This document shows positions 8,159-18,936 of a DNA stretch of 64,000 nt, piece after piece. Source of the DNA: an uncultured Gallionellaceae bacterium (GTDB taxonomy: Bacteria; Pseudomonadota; Gammaproteobacteria; Burkholderiales; Gallionellaceae); the NCBI GenBank assembly GCA_964480365.1, contig CAYZPM010000019.1, positions 5,464 through 69,463 of the forward strand, in the 5' to 3' direction. Both the position numbers and the translations under genes were made by a program. How positions within the stretch are numbered: position 1 is the first letter of the stretch; every line of letters begins with the position of its first letter. The notes below the pieces were generated by a model. That model worked only from the letters and a program-made list of their open reading frames with translations. It was not told the origin of the DNA and searched no databases.

Positions 8159-10300
8159 ATGACCAAACAGGCAACAGTCGTACGACCAGGGAAACCGTAT
8201 CCTCAAGGTGCGACTTGGGATGGCGAGGGAGTGAATTTCGCGCTTTTTTCAGAGCATGCGGAAAAAGTGGAGCTATGCCTGTTCGATGCGCGCGGTCGGC
8301 GCGAAACAGATCGTGTCGAGATGCGTGAACAGACCGACCTGGTGTGGCACTGCTATCTGCCTGGAGCAAAACCTAGTCTTTTGTATGGCTACCGTGTTTA
8401 CGGCCCCTACCAGCCGCAGCAGGGACACCGTTTTAATCCCAACAAACTTCTGCTGGACCCATACGCCAAAGCGGTGGTGGGGAGGCTGCGCTGGAGCGAC
8501 GCCAATTTCGGTTATAAGATCGGAGCCAAGCAGGAAGACCTGTCTTTCGACTGGCGTGACAACGCCTTGGCCATGCCAAAATGCCAAGTGATCGATCCGT
8601 CTTTCGACTGGGAGGGTGACCAACCTCCAGATACGGCTTGGAACGACACCATCATTTACGAGTTGCACGTCAAGGGCTTTACCGCGCTTCATCCCGATAT
8701 TCCCGAGGCTTTGCGCGGAACCTATTCCGGCCTTGCCAGCGCTCCGGCGATTGCACATTTGCAGCGCTTGGGGGTGACGACCGTGGAACTGATGCCGGTG
8801 CATTTTTTTGTGGACGACTTCCGTTTGCAGCAGCTTGGGTTGCGCAACTACTGGGGTTACAATTCCATCGGTTTTTTCGTACCGGAGCGGCGCTATGCTG
8901 CGACCGACGACGCGGAGCGCGAATTCAAAACCATGGTCAAGACACTGCACCGGGCGGGGCTCGAAGTGATTCTTGACGTGGTGTACAACCACACCGCCGA
9001 AGGCAACCATCTCGGGCCGACGCTGAGTTTACGCGGGATCGATAACGCCGCCTATTATCGTCTGACGCAAAATAACCGGCGCTTTTACATGGATTACACC
9101 GGCACCGGCAACACCCTCAACATGATGCACCCGCGCGTGCTGCAATTGATCATGGACAGCCTGCGCTACTGGGTGCAGGAAATGCATGTGGACGGCTTTC
9201 GTTTCGATCTGGCGGCGGCGCTGGCGCGGGAATTGCATGATGTGGACAGACTCGGCGCCTTTTTCGACATCATCCATCAGGACCCGGTGCTGTCTCGGGT
9301 GAAGCTTATCGCCGAACCCTGGGATCTTGGGGAGGGTGGCTATCAGATTGGCAATTTCCCGGTGGGATGGACTGAGTGGAATGCCAAATACCGTGATGCG
9401 GTGCGCGCCTACTGGAAGGGTGGTGGAGGGCTAATTGGCGATCTTGCCTACCGCCTCACCGGATCGAGCGACCTGTATGCCCACAATGGTCGTCGGCCAT
9501 ATGCCAGCATCAATTTCATTACCGCCCACGATGGCTTCACCCTGCATGACCTGGTTAACTACGAACAGAAGCGTAATCTGGCCAATGGCGAGGAAAACCG
9601 GGATGGACTCGACAAAAACCTGTCATGGAACTGTGGCGTCGAAGGACCGACCGACAAAGCGGACATCCTCGCGTTGCGCGCCCGGCAAAAGCGCAACTTT
9701 CTGGCCACCTTGTTTCTTTGCCAGGGTGTTCCAATGTTACTGTATGGCGACGAGATGGGGCGCACCCAGCAGGGCAACAACAATGCCTATTGCCAAGACA
9801 ACGAGATTAGCTGGCTCAACTGGGAACTGAAACCAGAAGATGAAGAACTGCTTGCGTTCGTCCAGCACATGATCGGCTTGCGCAAAGCGCACCCCGTTTT
9901 CCGCAGAAGCAGCTTTTTCCAGGAACAGAGGCTACGTGGGAAAATCAAGAATATCCTATGGTTTAACCCCGACGGGCTGGAAATGTGCGACGACGAGTGG
10001 AATCTGGGTTTTGCCCGCTGCCTCGGCATGTATCTCGCGGGAGACGCCATCGGCGAGGTCGACAGGCGTGGAAGCCCTGTTGGTGATGACGATTTCCTGC
10101 TCATGCTAAATGCCTCTCCCGACGAGATCCCTTTCACGCTGCCGGGCTTTCGTACTCACGTTCGCTGGCGCCCTGTTGTGGACACGAGTTTTGAGTCAGA
10201 ACATTCAGATATGAAGCATTATGCTCGTGGCAGTACCTATCCTCTACAGGGACGATCACTGGTACTGCTACGGCAGCCGAGATCGGCAAATCAGAAGTGA
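8159..10300 (+). CDS. glgX: glycogen debranching enzyme GlgX
   Basis: N-terminus PYPQGATWDGEGVNFALFSEHAEKVELCLFD. GH13 motifs VILDVVYNHTAEG, GFRFDLAAAL, EPWDLG and FITAHDGFTL. ATG 8159 follows AAGGAGG; the ORF track start 8132 is a less likely alternative. Confidence 0.9.
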   Translation: MTKQATVVRPGKPYPQGATWDGEGVNFALFSEHAEKVELCLFDARGRRETDRVEMREQTDLVWHCYLPGAKPSLLYGYRVYGPYQPQQGHRFNPNKLLLDPYAKAVVGRLRWSDANFGYKIGAKQEDLSFDWRDNALAMPKCQVIDPSFDWEGDQPPDTAWNDTIIYELHVKGFTALHPDIPEALRGTYSGLASAPAIAHLQRLGVTTVELMPVHFFVDDFRLQQLGLRNYWGYNSIGFFVPERRYAATDDAEREFKTMVKTLHRAGLEVILDVVYNHTAEGNHLGPTLSLRGIDNAAYYRLTQNNRRFYMDYTGTGNTLNMMHPRVLQLIMDSLRYWVQEMHVDGFRFDLAAALARELHDVDRLGAFFDIIHQDPVLSRVKLIAEPWDLGEGGYQIGNFPVGWTEWNAKYRDAVRAYWKGGGGLIGDLAYRLTGSSDLYAHNGRRPYASINFITAHDGFTLHDLVNYEQKRNLANGEENRDGLDKNLSWNCGVEGPTDKADILALRARQKRNFLATLFLCQGVPMLLYGDEMGRTQQGNNNAYCQDNEISWLNWELKPEDEELLAFVQHMIGLRKAHPVFRRSSFFQEQRLRGKIKNILWFNPDGLEMCDDEWNLGFARCLGMYLAGDAIGEVDRRGSPVGDDDFLLMLNASPDEIPFTLPGFRTHVRWRPVVDTSFESEHSDMKHYARGSTYPLQGRSLVLLRQPRSANQK

Positions 10301-10435
10301 CGCCTCCCGACATTATGGGTGGCGGATTTCATTACAGACGTTCACCACAAATCTAAATCAACCATGAAATACGATTTGATTACCGCGTGATCTTTCATCC
10401 AGAAACTCATAATCAACTACAGATTACGAATACCC

Positions 10436-12052
10436 CTAATTTTCTGGCACAGCCAACAGTTCATCCAGTCTGTCCCAGTTTGCCAAGTCTGCGGGAATGC
10501 CACCCTGTTCTACATCATTTAAAAATTCCACCGTCCTGGCAAGTTCATGCGGCATCAAGGGTTGCTGTCCTGCTTGCAGCATTTGCAATACGCCGAGATC
10601 GGCTTCCGATGCGTTGTTTGCCTCATTCCGTCGTCGCACAATGCGTGCGCTCAGCGTGGCGGGGCCAGCCTTCATGGAGACAACGACAAACGGCACAGAT
10701 AGGCTTAGAGCGAGCGCATGGAACTGTTCGCGCTCGCCTTGTTTGAGGAAGGCCGCATCCACAATCACCGTGAAGCCTGCATCAAGCAAATCGCGCGCGA
10801 GTTCATGCAGCCGGATGTAAGTGCGCCGAGTTGCATCGCTGCTGTAAATGCCTTCGCCTACACGCGAGCTACTGTCGTCAAGCGGGTTCATACCGAACAA
10901 ACGTTTGCGCTCCACATCGGAGCGTATGCGTATCGCCTGCAACCGTTCCAATGCGGCTTGGGCAAAGGTGCTCTTGCCTGAACCCGGCAGGCCATGGGTG
11001 ATAATCAGTGCGGGGCTGCGCTTGGCTAAACACTCATCGGCCAGCGCCAGATAGTTGCGGCAATCCGTCAGTGCCTGCGTCTGAACCAGTTGACTGTGAT
11101 CGGGCTGATAGGCACGGATGGCGCTGACCTTGGCGCGCACCCCGGCGCGGTAGGCCAGATAGAAACGCAACACCGATACGCCCGCGTAATCGCCCGTCGT
11201 CTCCAGATAAGTATTCAGGAAGCGGTAGGCCAGATCGGAACGCTGGCAGTGCAACAGATCCATAACCAGAAAGGCAACTTCGTCCATCACGTCAATCCAG
11301 CGTAGTGCGGGATTAAATTCGATACCATCGAAGGGAACGGGTTGGTTACCGATGAGAACAATATTTCCCAAATGCAGATCGCCGTGACATTCGCGCACGC
11401 AGCCCTGCTCACGGCGCTGGGTGAAATATTTTTCGCATGCGGTGTAGGCATACCCGGTGGATCGACTTAGCTCTGCCACTGCATCCCGGTCAGTCTGCGC
11501 TGTCAGCAACAACAATAACGCCTTGAAATTTTGCATGGCCGCAGCACGAATTGTCGCTGGCGTACCCAATACCGAGTCTGCGTCAGCATGAGACAAGCCA
11601 CCATGAAAAACTGCCAGCATGGCGGCAAGCTTGTCCATATATTGCGGCATAACCTTGTCGCGTGCCAGCAAGTGATCCAACTGTTTTGTGGTTGCGAAAC
11701 GCCGCATCCTGACGGCGTATTCGATGGCCGGTTGAGCACCGAATTCCGGTGAAGCCGAATTCCCACCGATGGGGATAACATCGAGATAAATCCTGGGCGC
11801 CAACCGGCGGTTGAGCCTGATCTCTTCGGAGCAATAGAACTGGCGCGCCTCCAGGCTGGTAAAATTCAGGAAACCCAAATCGAGCGCCTTCTTGATTTTG
11901 TATGCGTAACGTCCTGCCAACAGCACCCAGGAAATGTGCGTTTCAACCAGCCGCACGCCATGCGCCGCATGAGGGAAGCGGTGCCTGTCCCGCAAGGCGG
12001 CAACGAGAGTCTGTTGGTTTGCGTAATCAGTTTGATTGGTTCGCGCAGGCAT
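10436..12052 (-). CDS. bifunctional aminoglycoside-phosphotransferase-like kinase / P-loop ATP-binding protein
   Basis: N-terminal APH/protein-kinase-like part (HGDLHLGNIVL, DGIEFNP). C-terminal P-loop kinase part (THGLPGSGKSTFA). Confidence 0.75.
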   Translation of the reverse strand: MPARTNQTDYANQQTLVAALRDRHRFPHAAHGVRLVETHISWVLLAGRYAYKIKKALDLGFLNFTSLEARQFYCSEEIRLNRRLAPRIYLDVIPIGGNSASPEFGAQPAIEYAVRMRRFATTKQLDHLLARDKVMPQYMDKLAAMLAVFHGGLSHADADSVLGTPATIRAAAMQNFKALLLLLTAQTDRDAVAELSRSTGYAYTACEKYFTQRREQGCVRECHGDLHLGNIVLIGNQPVPFDGIEFNPALRWIDVMDEVAFLVMDLLHCQRSDLAYRFLNTYLETTGDYAGVSVLRFYLAYRAGVRAKVSAIRAYQPDHSQLVQTQALTDCRNYLALADECLAKRSPALIITHGLPGSGKSTFAQAALERLQAIRIRSDVERKRLFGMNPLDDSSSRVGEGIYSSDATRRTYIRLHELARDLLDAGFTVIVDAAFLKQGEREQFHALALSLSVPFVVVSMKAGPATLSARIVRRRNEANNASEADLGVLQMLQAGQQPLMPHELARTVEFLNDVEQGGIPADLANWDRLDELLAVPEN

Positions 12053-12109
12053 AATCCAGAATTATCCATTACTTTACAAACACCACTACTCTACCGTAAA
12101 TTGCAGCAT

Positions 12110-12595
12110 ATGAAGAAACTCCTGTTCATCCTGTTGCTACTGCTATGCAGCGCCTGTGCGACTACACAGCGTGATGTTCCTGCCACTTCGTCCGAAACGG
12201 AAAATTTTCCGAGTGAAGCAATGAACGATCTGGCAATTTACGCGATTAGTCTGGCCGAAACACCGTATCGGTATGGCGGCACTTCCCCTGAGAGCGGATT
12301 TGATTGCAGCGGGTTTGTGCGTCATGTTTTTTTGAAGTCGCTCGGGTTGCAACTGCCGCGCACAACCCTGGAAATGAGCCGCATAGGTGAGCCGCTACAG
12401 GAAGGGCAATTACGTCCCGGCGACCTGGTATTTTTCAATACGCAGCAACAACCCTATTCGCACGTCGGCATCTATGTGGGTGAAAACCGTTTCGTGCATG
12501 CCCCCAAAAGCGGAAAGGCCATTACCATAGTTAGTATGCGGGAGAATTATTGGCGGAGCCGCTACGATGGCGCGCGGCGCATTACCTCGCATTGA
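12110..12595 (+). CDS. NlpC/P60 (C40) family peptidoglycan endopeptidase lipoprotein
   Basis: Lipoprotein signal MKKLLFILLLLLCSAC. Catalytic context YRYGGTSPESGFDCSGFVRHVF and HVGIYVGENRFVHAP. The ORF track start 11936 overlaps the divergent gene and is rejected. Confidence 0.85.
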   Translation: MKKLLFILLLLLCSACATTQRDVPATSSETENFPSEAMNDLAIYAISLAETPYRYGGTSPESGFDCSGFVRHVFLKSLGLQLPRTTLEMSRIGEPLQEGQLRPGDLVFFNTQQQPYSHVGIYVGENRFVHAPKSGKAITIVSMRENYWRSRYDGARRITSH

Positions 12596-12716
12596 CCCGA
12601 TTTTATCGGGTGCACATAGCATAAATTGTCATTTGCTGCTAGATTTCCAAAAATTGATTTCACCCGGATGTTTCATTGTTGCGTAAACCTGCAAGAAAAA
12701 TCAGATTGAATCGCCG

Positions 12717-15200
12717 ATGATTAGTAACTGGTGGCATTCCTTAGGCATCCAAATCAAGCTTACGCTTTTGATTCAGGTAGGTCTTTTCGTCGTTCTGGTT
12801 TTTGCCCAGCGCTGGATAATGTCCAGTTTTGAAGAAAAAATCCTGGAGTCCACAAAAAATCGCGCCATGGAAGCCGCCGATGGCATTATCAACGGCATGA
12901 ACATGCTGATGGTGACAGGACAAATCAGCGACCCGAAAAACAGGGTTCTTTTTATCCAGAAAATGGGCCAGTCTCAAGGTGTCAGCGAACTGCGCATTTT
13001 CAGGGCAGAGCAGGTGAAAAAACAGTTTGGTCCAGGCCTTCCGGAAGAGCAGCCCGTAGACGAAATCGACCAGAATGTCCTGCAAACGGGTAAGCCCTAT
13101 TTCAGCCGAATGGATGATAAAACCCAATCGCTGAGGGCGGTGATTCCTTTCATCGTAAGCCACAATTTCAGGGGCACGGACTGCTTGGCCTGCCACGAAG
13201 TAAAAGTCGGGAGTGTTAACGGAGCCGCAAGCATTCTGCTTGACCTGACTGAAGAATCGGAAACGATAAAATCGATCAACCGCTGGCTATGGCTAGGCCA
13301 GTTCGCGCTTCAAGTAATCCTTTTCTTTGTCATTGGCGTAATGATCCGCGCCTTTACCAAACCGATCAAAACAATTCAGGAAGTAATGACGGCAATGCAG
13401 GTCGATGGCAACCTGTCAAGGCGGGTAAGCATAACCGGCAAAGATGAAATAGGACGAATGGCAAGTGCCTTCAACGCATTGGCTAGCAGTCTGCAAAAAA
13501 GTGTCGCCGAAGTCAAGGAGAGTCAGGAACAACTGAAGTTGTCCGCCCAGGTTTTCGTGAACAGCATGGAAGCCATTGTCATTACCGACATCGAGAACAA
13601 CATTATCCAGGTCAACAAGGCATTCACCGAGATTACCGGTTACTCGCCGGAAGAAGCCATCGGAAAGAATCCTCGCATACTGAAGTCAGGCCAGCAAGGC
13701 CCGGAATTTTATCAGGCCATGTGGGAAACCTTGCTCAGAACAGGGAACTGGCAGGGCGAACTGATGGATCGGAGAAAGAATGGGGAAATCTACCCGAAAT
13801 GGCTTTCAATCACCATAGTCCGGGACGAAAAAGGCGATATCACGAATTACATCGCGTTATTTTCAGACATCACCGAAAGAAAAGCTTCCTACGAGCGTAT
13901 CCAGCACCTTGCGCATTTCGACGCGCTTACCAATCTCCCCAATCGGGCGCTATTGAACGATCACCTTGATTTGGCCATCGCGTTGGCGAATCGTAGCCAA
14001 ACACAACTCGCAATCATTTTTCTCGATTTGGACCGATTCAAGATCATCAACGATTCTCTCGGCCATCATGCGGGCGATTTGCTTCTGCAAATCGTCTCTG
14101 AACGGCTGAAAAACTGTGTAAGAGAATCGGATACGGTTGCACGCCTGGGGGGCGACGAGTTTATAATTTTGCTTAACAGCATCAGCGATCCCAGCGATGC
14201 AGCGCGTGTAGCGCAGAAAGTGGTCGAAGCCATCGCCATTCCATTCACGCTCCTCGGACAAGAAGTCAATATTGGCACGAGTATCGGAATCGGCATCTAT
14301 CCGGATAACGGGCTAGACCGTCCAACCTTGATCAAGAATGCCGATGCAGCGATGTATCACGCCAAGGAAAGCGGAAGAAACAACTTCCAGTTCTTTTCCT
14401 CGGTAATGAACGACAAGGCTTTTGAACGACTTGCTCTGGAAAACGACCTGAGGCGGGCACTCAAGGGTGAAGAATTTTTTCTCCATTACCAGCCCCAGAT
14501 AGATGTGTTGACGGGAAAAATCGTCGGGGTTGAGGCTCTGATCAGATGGCAGCATCCTGAAAGAGGGCTCGTCCCACCGTTCAATTTCATTTCTCTTGCA
14601 GAAAAATGCGGGCTCATCGTGCCCATCGGGGAATGGGTGCTCAAGACCGCATGCGCCCAAAATATAGCTTGGCAAAAAGCGGGATTGGCTCCGCTCCTGA
14701 CCGCCGTAAACATTTCCGCCCAACAATTCCAGCAGAAAAATTTCAAGGAATCAATAATGCAGATATTGAGCGACACAGGACTCGCCCCGCATTTTCTTGA
14801 ACTCGAAATCACGGAATCAGCCTTCATGGATAACGCCGAATCGATGCTTGAATCGCTCAATTCCCTGAAAGAAATTGGATTGCACCTTTCAATCGACGAT
14901 TTCGGCACAGGTTACTCCTCTTTAAGTTACCTCAAGCATTTCCCGATCGACAAGCTAAAGATTGATCGCTCGTTTGTCATGGACATCACAGACGACTCCA
15001 GAAACAACGCGATTATCGAAACCATTATTCACTTGGGACACAACCTGAAGCTCAAGGTAATCGCAGAAGGGGTTGAAACTGCCGAACAGCTTGCCACCCT
15101 TCAGGAACTCCGCTGCGATGAAATCCAGGGATATTTCTTCAGCCGCCCCATCAGCCCCCATGACTTCGTCGCATTTGCGAGAAAAAATCAACAGGGCTAG
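12717..15200 (+). CDS. membrane c-di-GMP enzyme: periplasmic CxxCH sensor - HAMP - PAS - GGDEF - EAL
   Basis: Two TM segments flank a roughly 165-aa periplasmic domain carrying DCLACHEV (CxxCH, DUF3365/Tll0287-like). Then HAMP and a PAS S-box. GGDEF is intact with an RxxD I-site (RESDTVARLGGDEF). EAL motifs are intact (EALIRW, DDFGTGYSS). Confidence 0.85.
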   Translation: MISNWWHSLGIQIKLTLLIQVGLFVVLVFAQRWIMSSFEEKILESTKNRAMEAADGIINGMNMLMVTGQISDPKNRVLFIQKMGQSQGVSELRIFRAEQVKKQFGPGLPEEQPVDEIDQNVLQTGKPYFSRMDDKTQSLRAVIPFIVSHNFRGTDCLACHEVKVGSVNGAASILLDLTEESETIKSINRWLWLGQFALQVILFFVIGVMIRAFTKPIKTIQEVMTAMQVDGNLSRRVSITGKDEIGRMASAFNALASSLQKSVAEVKESQEQLKLSAQVFVNSMEAIVITDIENNIIQVNKAFTEITGYSPEEAIGKNPRILKSGQQGPEFYQAMWETLLRTGNWQGELMDRRKNGEIYPKWLSITIVRDEKGDITNYIALFSDITERKASYERIQHLAHFDALTNLPNRALLNDHLDLAIALANRSQTQLAIIFLDLDRFKIINDSLGHHAGDLLLQIVSERLKNCVRESDTVARLGGDEFIILLNSISDPSDAARVAQKVVEAIAIPFTLLGQEVNIGTSIGIGIYPDNGLDRPTLIKNADAAMYHAKESGRNNFQFFSSVMNDKAFERLALENDLRRALKGEEFFLHYQPQIDVLTGKIVGVEALIRWQHPERGLVPPFNFISLAEKCGLIVPIGEWVLKTACAQNIAWQKAGLAPLLTAVNISAQQFQQKNFKESIMQILSDTGLAPHFLELEITESAFMDNAESMLESLNSLKEIGLHLSIDDFGTGYSSLSYLKHFPIDKLKIDRSFVMDITDDSRNNAIIETIIHLGHNLKLKVIAEGVETAEQLATLQELRCDEIQGYFFSRPISPHDFVAFARKNQQG

Positions 15201-15233
15201 CAGGGTGTACGGTGAAAATTACTTAACGACGTT

Positions 15234-16664
15234 ATGCTGCAGAGCCGCCTAGACACTCCAATGCCTATCACCACGAATTGCAGTGATCAAAACGGGCATG
15301 GCGAATGTGCCGCCCACGATAACGATACTCGCGATGCCCGTTTCCCCCTCTCCAGCTCTCTGGATGAAACAACTAGCCATTCGACTAAGCTGCAAAATAC
15401 CGCAACTAAGTCGCTGGTTACCCCGGAGGGAGAGAGAGATAATGTTTCGCTGCGCGATGATCACGTTACCCCATTCATTGGCCTCGCCTCATTGATGCAA
15501 ATGGTTTTGTCCGGAGCGGATCTTGCCCACTTGGTAAACATCGCGGCATACAACCCTAATGACGCGAATATGTTAATGAGCTTGTCGATAATATTTCAGC
15601 TCACGGGAAGCCGTGAGATGGGTTTGGAACTGCAAGGAAAAGCGCTGGGAATACGGCAACTCTATCATCTGCCAGCCGCCAACGGCAAAACCGGGATCAG
15701 GCTGCTAGCCATCCTTAAGCCGGGTGACATGATGGATAACACGCCGGTGGATTTTCTGCTGGAAGACTCCGATGTCGCGCTCGATTTACTCTACGTGTCC
15801 TCGGAACTTCCTTTCCCGGAATCATTGCCGGATCACGATCTGCTTATCGTTGCCATAGGTGAATCTGACCAGAATCAACCGCTGCTGGAACAAGTCGGGA
15901 ATCTCATAAAATCTTCGCCTCACCCCATACTCAACGCGCCAAACCAAATTGCCCGCTTGTCACGGGATGGCGTCAGCGAATTATTAAAATCCTCGCCCGG
16001 AGTAGAAATACCCATTACGCTAAGAATCGACAGAGCGGGCTTGCAACAAATTTGTCGCGGAGAAAAATCAATTACCGCCCTGCTGGAAGATGGCAATTTT
16101 CCGATTATCATCCGTCCGCTTGGCTCACATGCCGGCAAAGGGCTGGCCAAGATCGACAGCCCGGCAGCCGTTGCCGAATATCTGGACGCAACACCGGGGA
16201 ACGAATTCAATGTTGCACGCTTTGTTGATTACCGTGGGTCGGATGGTTTGTACCGGAAGTGCCGCATCGTCCTCATTGACGGACAACCGTTCGCCTGCCA
16301 TCTTGCCATATCCGAAAACTGGATGATCCATTACAAAAATGCGGAGATGTCGGAAAGTGCCGCGAAGCGCGCTGAAGAGGAGAGATTCATGGTTGACTTT
16401 GATCAGGATTTCGGCAACAGGCACAAAGAGGCGTTCCGCATTATCGGTGAGTGTATCGGGCTAGACTATCTCGTCATCGATTGCGGGGAAACACCTGAAG
16501 GTGACCTATTGATTTTCGAAGCTGACAACCTCGGGTTTATTCACGCCATGGATCCAGTGGATATTTTTCCCTACAAAAAACCACAGATGCATAAGGTCTT
16601 CGGCGCTTTTCAGGAAATGCTGAGAAAGGCAAAGGATCGGGGTACGATGGTCGCTATGCCGTAG
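15234..16664 (+). CDS. ATP-grasp (RimK/glutathione-synthetase-like) domain protein; N-terminus uncertain
   Basis: C-terminal half looks ATP-grasp-like (IIIRPLGSHAGKGL, FVDYRGSDGLYRKCRIVLIDG, LVIDCGETPEGDLLIFEADN). Codons about 37-69 are encoded by a copy of the dispersed repeat, so the true start may be downstream, for example ATG 15495. No good RBS at either start. Confidence 0.6.
   Translation: MLQSRLDTPMPITTNCSDQNGHGECAAHDNDTRDARFPLSSSLDETTSHSTKLQNTATKSLVTPEGERDNVSLRDDHVTPFIGLASLMQMVLSGADLAHLVNIAAYNPNDANMLMSLSIIFQLTGSREMGLELQGKALGIRQLYHLPAANGKTGIRLLAILKPGDMMDNTPVDFLLEDSDVALDLLYVSSELPFPESLPDHDLLIVAIGESDQNQPLLEQVGNLIKSSPHPILNAPNQIARLSRDGVSELLKSSPGVEIPITLRIDRAGLQQICRGEKSITALLEDGNFPIIIRPLGSHAGKGLAKIDSPAAVAEYLDATPGNEFNVARFVDYRGSDGLYRKCRIVLIDGQPFACHLAISENWMIHYKNAEMSESAAKRAEEERFMVDFDQDFGNRHKEAFRIIGECIGLDYLVIDCGETPEGDLLIFEADNLGFIHAMDPVDIFPYKKPQMHKVFGAFQEMLRKAKDRGTMVAMP
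15344..15440 (-). repeat. dispersed repeat family copy (reverse orientation)
   Basis: CCCCCTCTCC...GATGAAACAACTAGCCATTCGACTAAG-ctgcaaaataccgca-ACTAAGTCGCTGGTTACC...GGAGGGAGAGAGAG. This is the reverse complement of the ATAACCAGCGACTTG...CTAGTCGAATGGCTAGT module seen at 19047, 29707, 52682 and 62226. Confidence 0.8.
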
Positions 16665-16736
16665 GCTGGCGGTGATGTAAGCCCCAGCGCTTGGTAACAG
16701 CAAACGTGCTGGGGTACGCGTTGCTTCACCACCAGC

Positions 16737-16880
16737 CTACTTCTCTGATTCGATTTTTGCAGACTTGGCTTCATCCTGCTTGAGTTGGTCTTTTGGTTTG
16801 CCGGAAAAAATTATCATGCCGAATAATATGAACACCGGCGATAAGATAAAAGACATAATAAAAAAATTATTCCAAAACAT
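16737..16880 (-). CDS. possible 47-aa small membrane protein overlapping the mltB stop codon
   Basis: Its ATG overlaps the mltB stop (TAATG). Sequence is MFWNNFFIMSFILSPVFILFGMIIFSGKPKDQLKQDEAKSAKIESEK: one hydrophobic helix and a charged tail. Below the ORF-track length cut-off. Confidence 0.3.
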   Translation of the reverse strand: MFWNNFFIMSFILSPVFILFGMIIFSGKPKDQLKQDEAKSAKIESEK

Positions 16881-17860
16881 TAAGGCACATCCGGTTTAAT
16901 AATTTGTGAATGGTGTGCATCTCGCAAAGCTTCTGCCAGTTGAAACACAGTCATAGCATAAAAGTCGCTGTTATTGTAAAGGGTGATAACCTCGAAGTTG
17001 CCGAAGGCCAGCCAGAATTCCTTGCTATCTGCCACAGTAAAATCAATCAGGCGCGCCTTCATGTTTGCTGCGATCTCCTTGCCCGGCTTCACGCCTGCCG
17101 CTGTCCATTCTGCGATGGTGTGCACTTCCGCCAGACTACCCGCGCAATTATCCTCGCTGACACTTGCGCGCACCGTTACTAAATCTCCGCTTATCCAGCC
17201 GTATTGATTGAGGTAGTTCGCCACACTACCAATGGCATCCACCGGGTCGTGCAGCAAATCAATCTTGCCTTCGCCGCTGAAATCCACTGCATATTTGCGG
17301 TAGCTGCTGGGCATAAATTGCGGGATGCCCAACGCGCCCGCATAGGAGCCTTGCACCTTGAACACATCAAATCCCTGTTCGCGTGCCAGCAACAGGTATT
17401 GTTCCAATTCGCCACGAAAAAAATCGGCGCGGCGAGGATAGTCGAATGCCAGCGTGGTCAAGGCGTCGAGTGTGCTATATTTCCCGGTGTTGCGTCCATA
17501 TGCCGTTTCCACGCCAATCAAAGCGACGATGATTTCTTGCGGCACGCCGTATTGTTTTTCCGCGCGTTGCAGTGCGTCCGCATAGAGCTGCCAAAATTGC
17601 ACCCCGTTGCTGATGGTCTGGTCGTTGACGAATGAACCCCGGTATTCCGTCCATGGTTTGAGTGTGGAGGGTTTGGATATGGCGTCGATCACGGCTTGAC
17701 GGCGTTCGGCGTGGTTGAATATGTGCACCAACTCGTCACGCTTGAACTGGTGTTTGCTCACCATTTCGTCGATAAACTGGGGAATGCCGGGCAATTCAGC
17801 CGCACGCACACATGGCACGGTAAACAAAAACAACAATATAAAGAATAGGCGAGAAATCAT
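16880..17860 (-). CDS. mltB: lytic murein transglycosylase B
   Basis: Signal peptide, then MltB-type motifs IIVALIGVETAYGRNTG and GSYAGALGIPQFMPSSYRKYAVDFSGEGKIDL. Confidence 0.85.
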   Translation of the reverse strand: MISRLFFILLFLFTVPCVRAAELPGIPQFIDEMVSKHQFKRDELVHIFNHAERRQAVIDAISKPSTLKPWTEYRGSFVNDQTISNGVQFWQLYADALQRAEKQYGVPQEIIVALIGVETAYGRNTGKYSTLDALTTLAFDYPRRADFFRGELEQYLLLAREQGFDVFKVQGSYAGALGIPQFMPSSYRKYAVDFSGEGKIDLLHDPVDAIGSVANYLNQYGWISGDLVTVRASVSEDNCAGSLAEVHTIAEWTAAGVKPGKEIAANMKARLIDFTVADSKEFWLAFGNFEVITLYNNSDFYAMTVFQLAEALRDAHHSQIIKPDVP

Positions 17861-17926
17861 AACCCGCGCATTTTACTCGACAGGCAGGCGCGTCACTGTT
17901 AAATTTCGTCTTTGTTTGCAATCTAA

Positions 17927-18898
<972 letters not shown>

Positions 18899-18936
18899 AT
18901 CAAACCCGAATTGTCCGATAGACCGAAAAACCGTCG

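Noticed and set aside
8273-9010. 245-aa ORF antisense to glgX. Similar cases are 9787..10137, 25055..25954, 25978..26925, 28283..29074, 30288..30842 and 32386..33120.
   Set aside because: All lie opposite strongly recognisable genes. They are rich in Arg/His/Gly/Ala low-complexity sequence typical of open antisense frames in GC-rich DNA, and they have no RBS or family resemblance.
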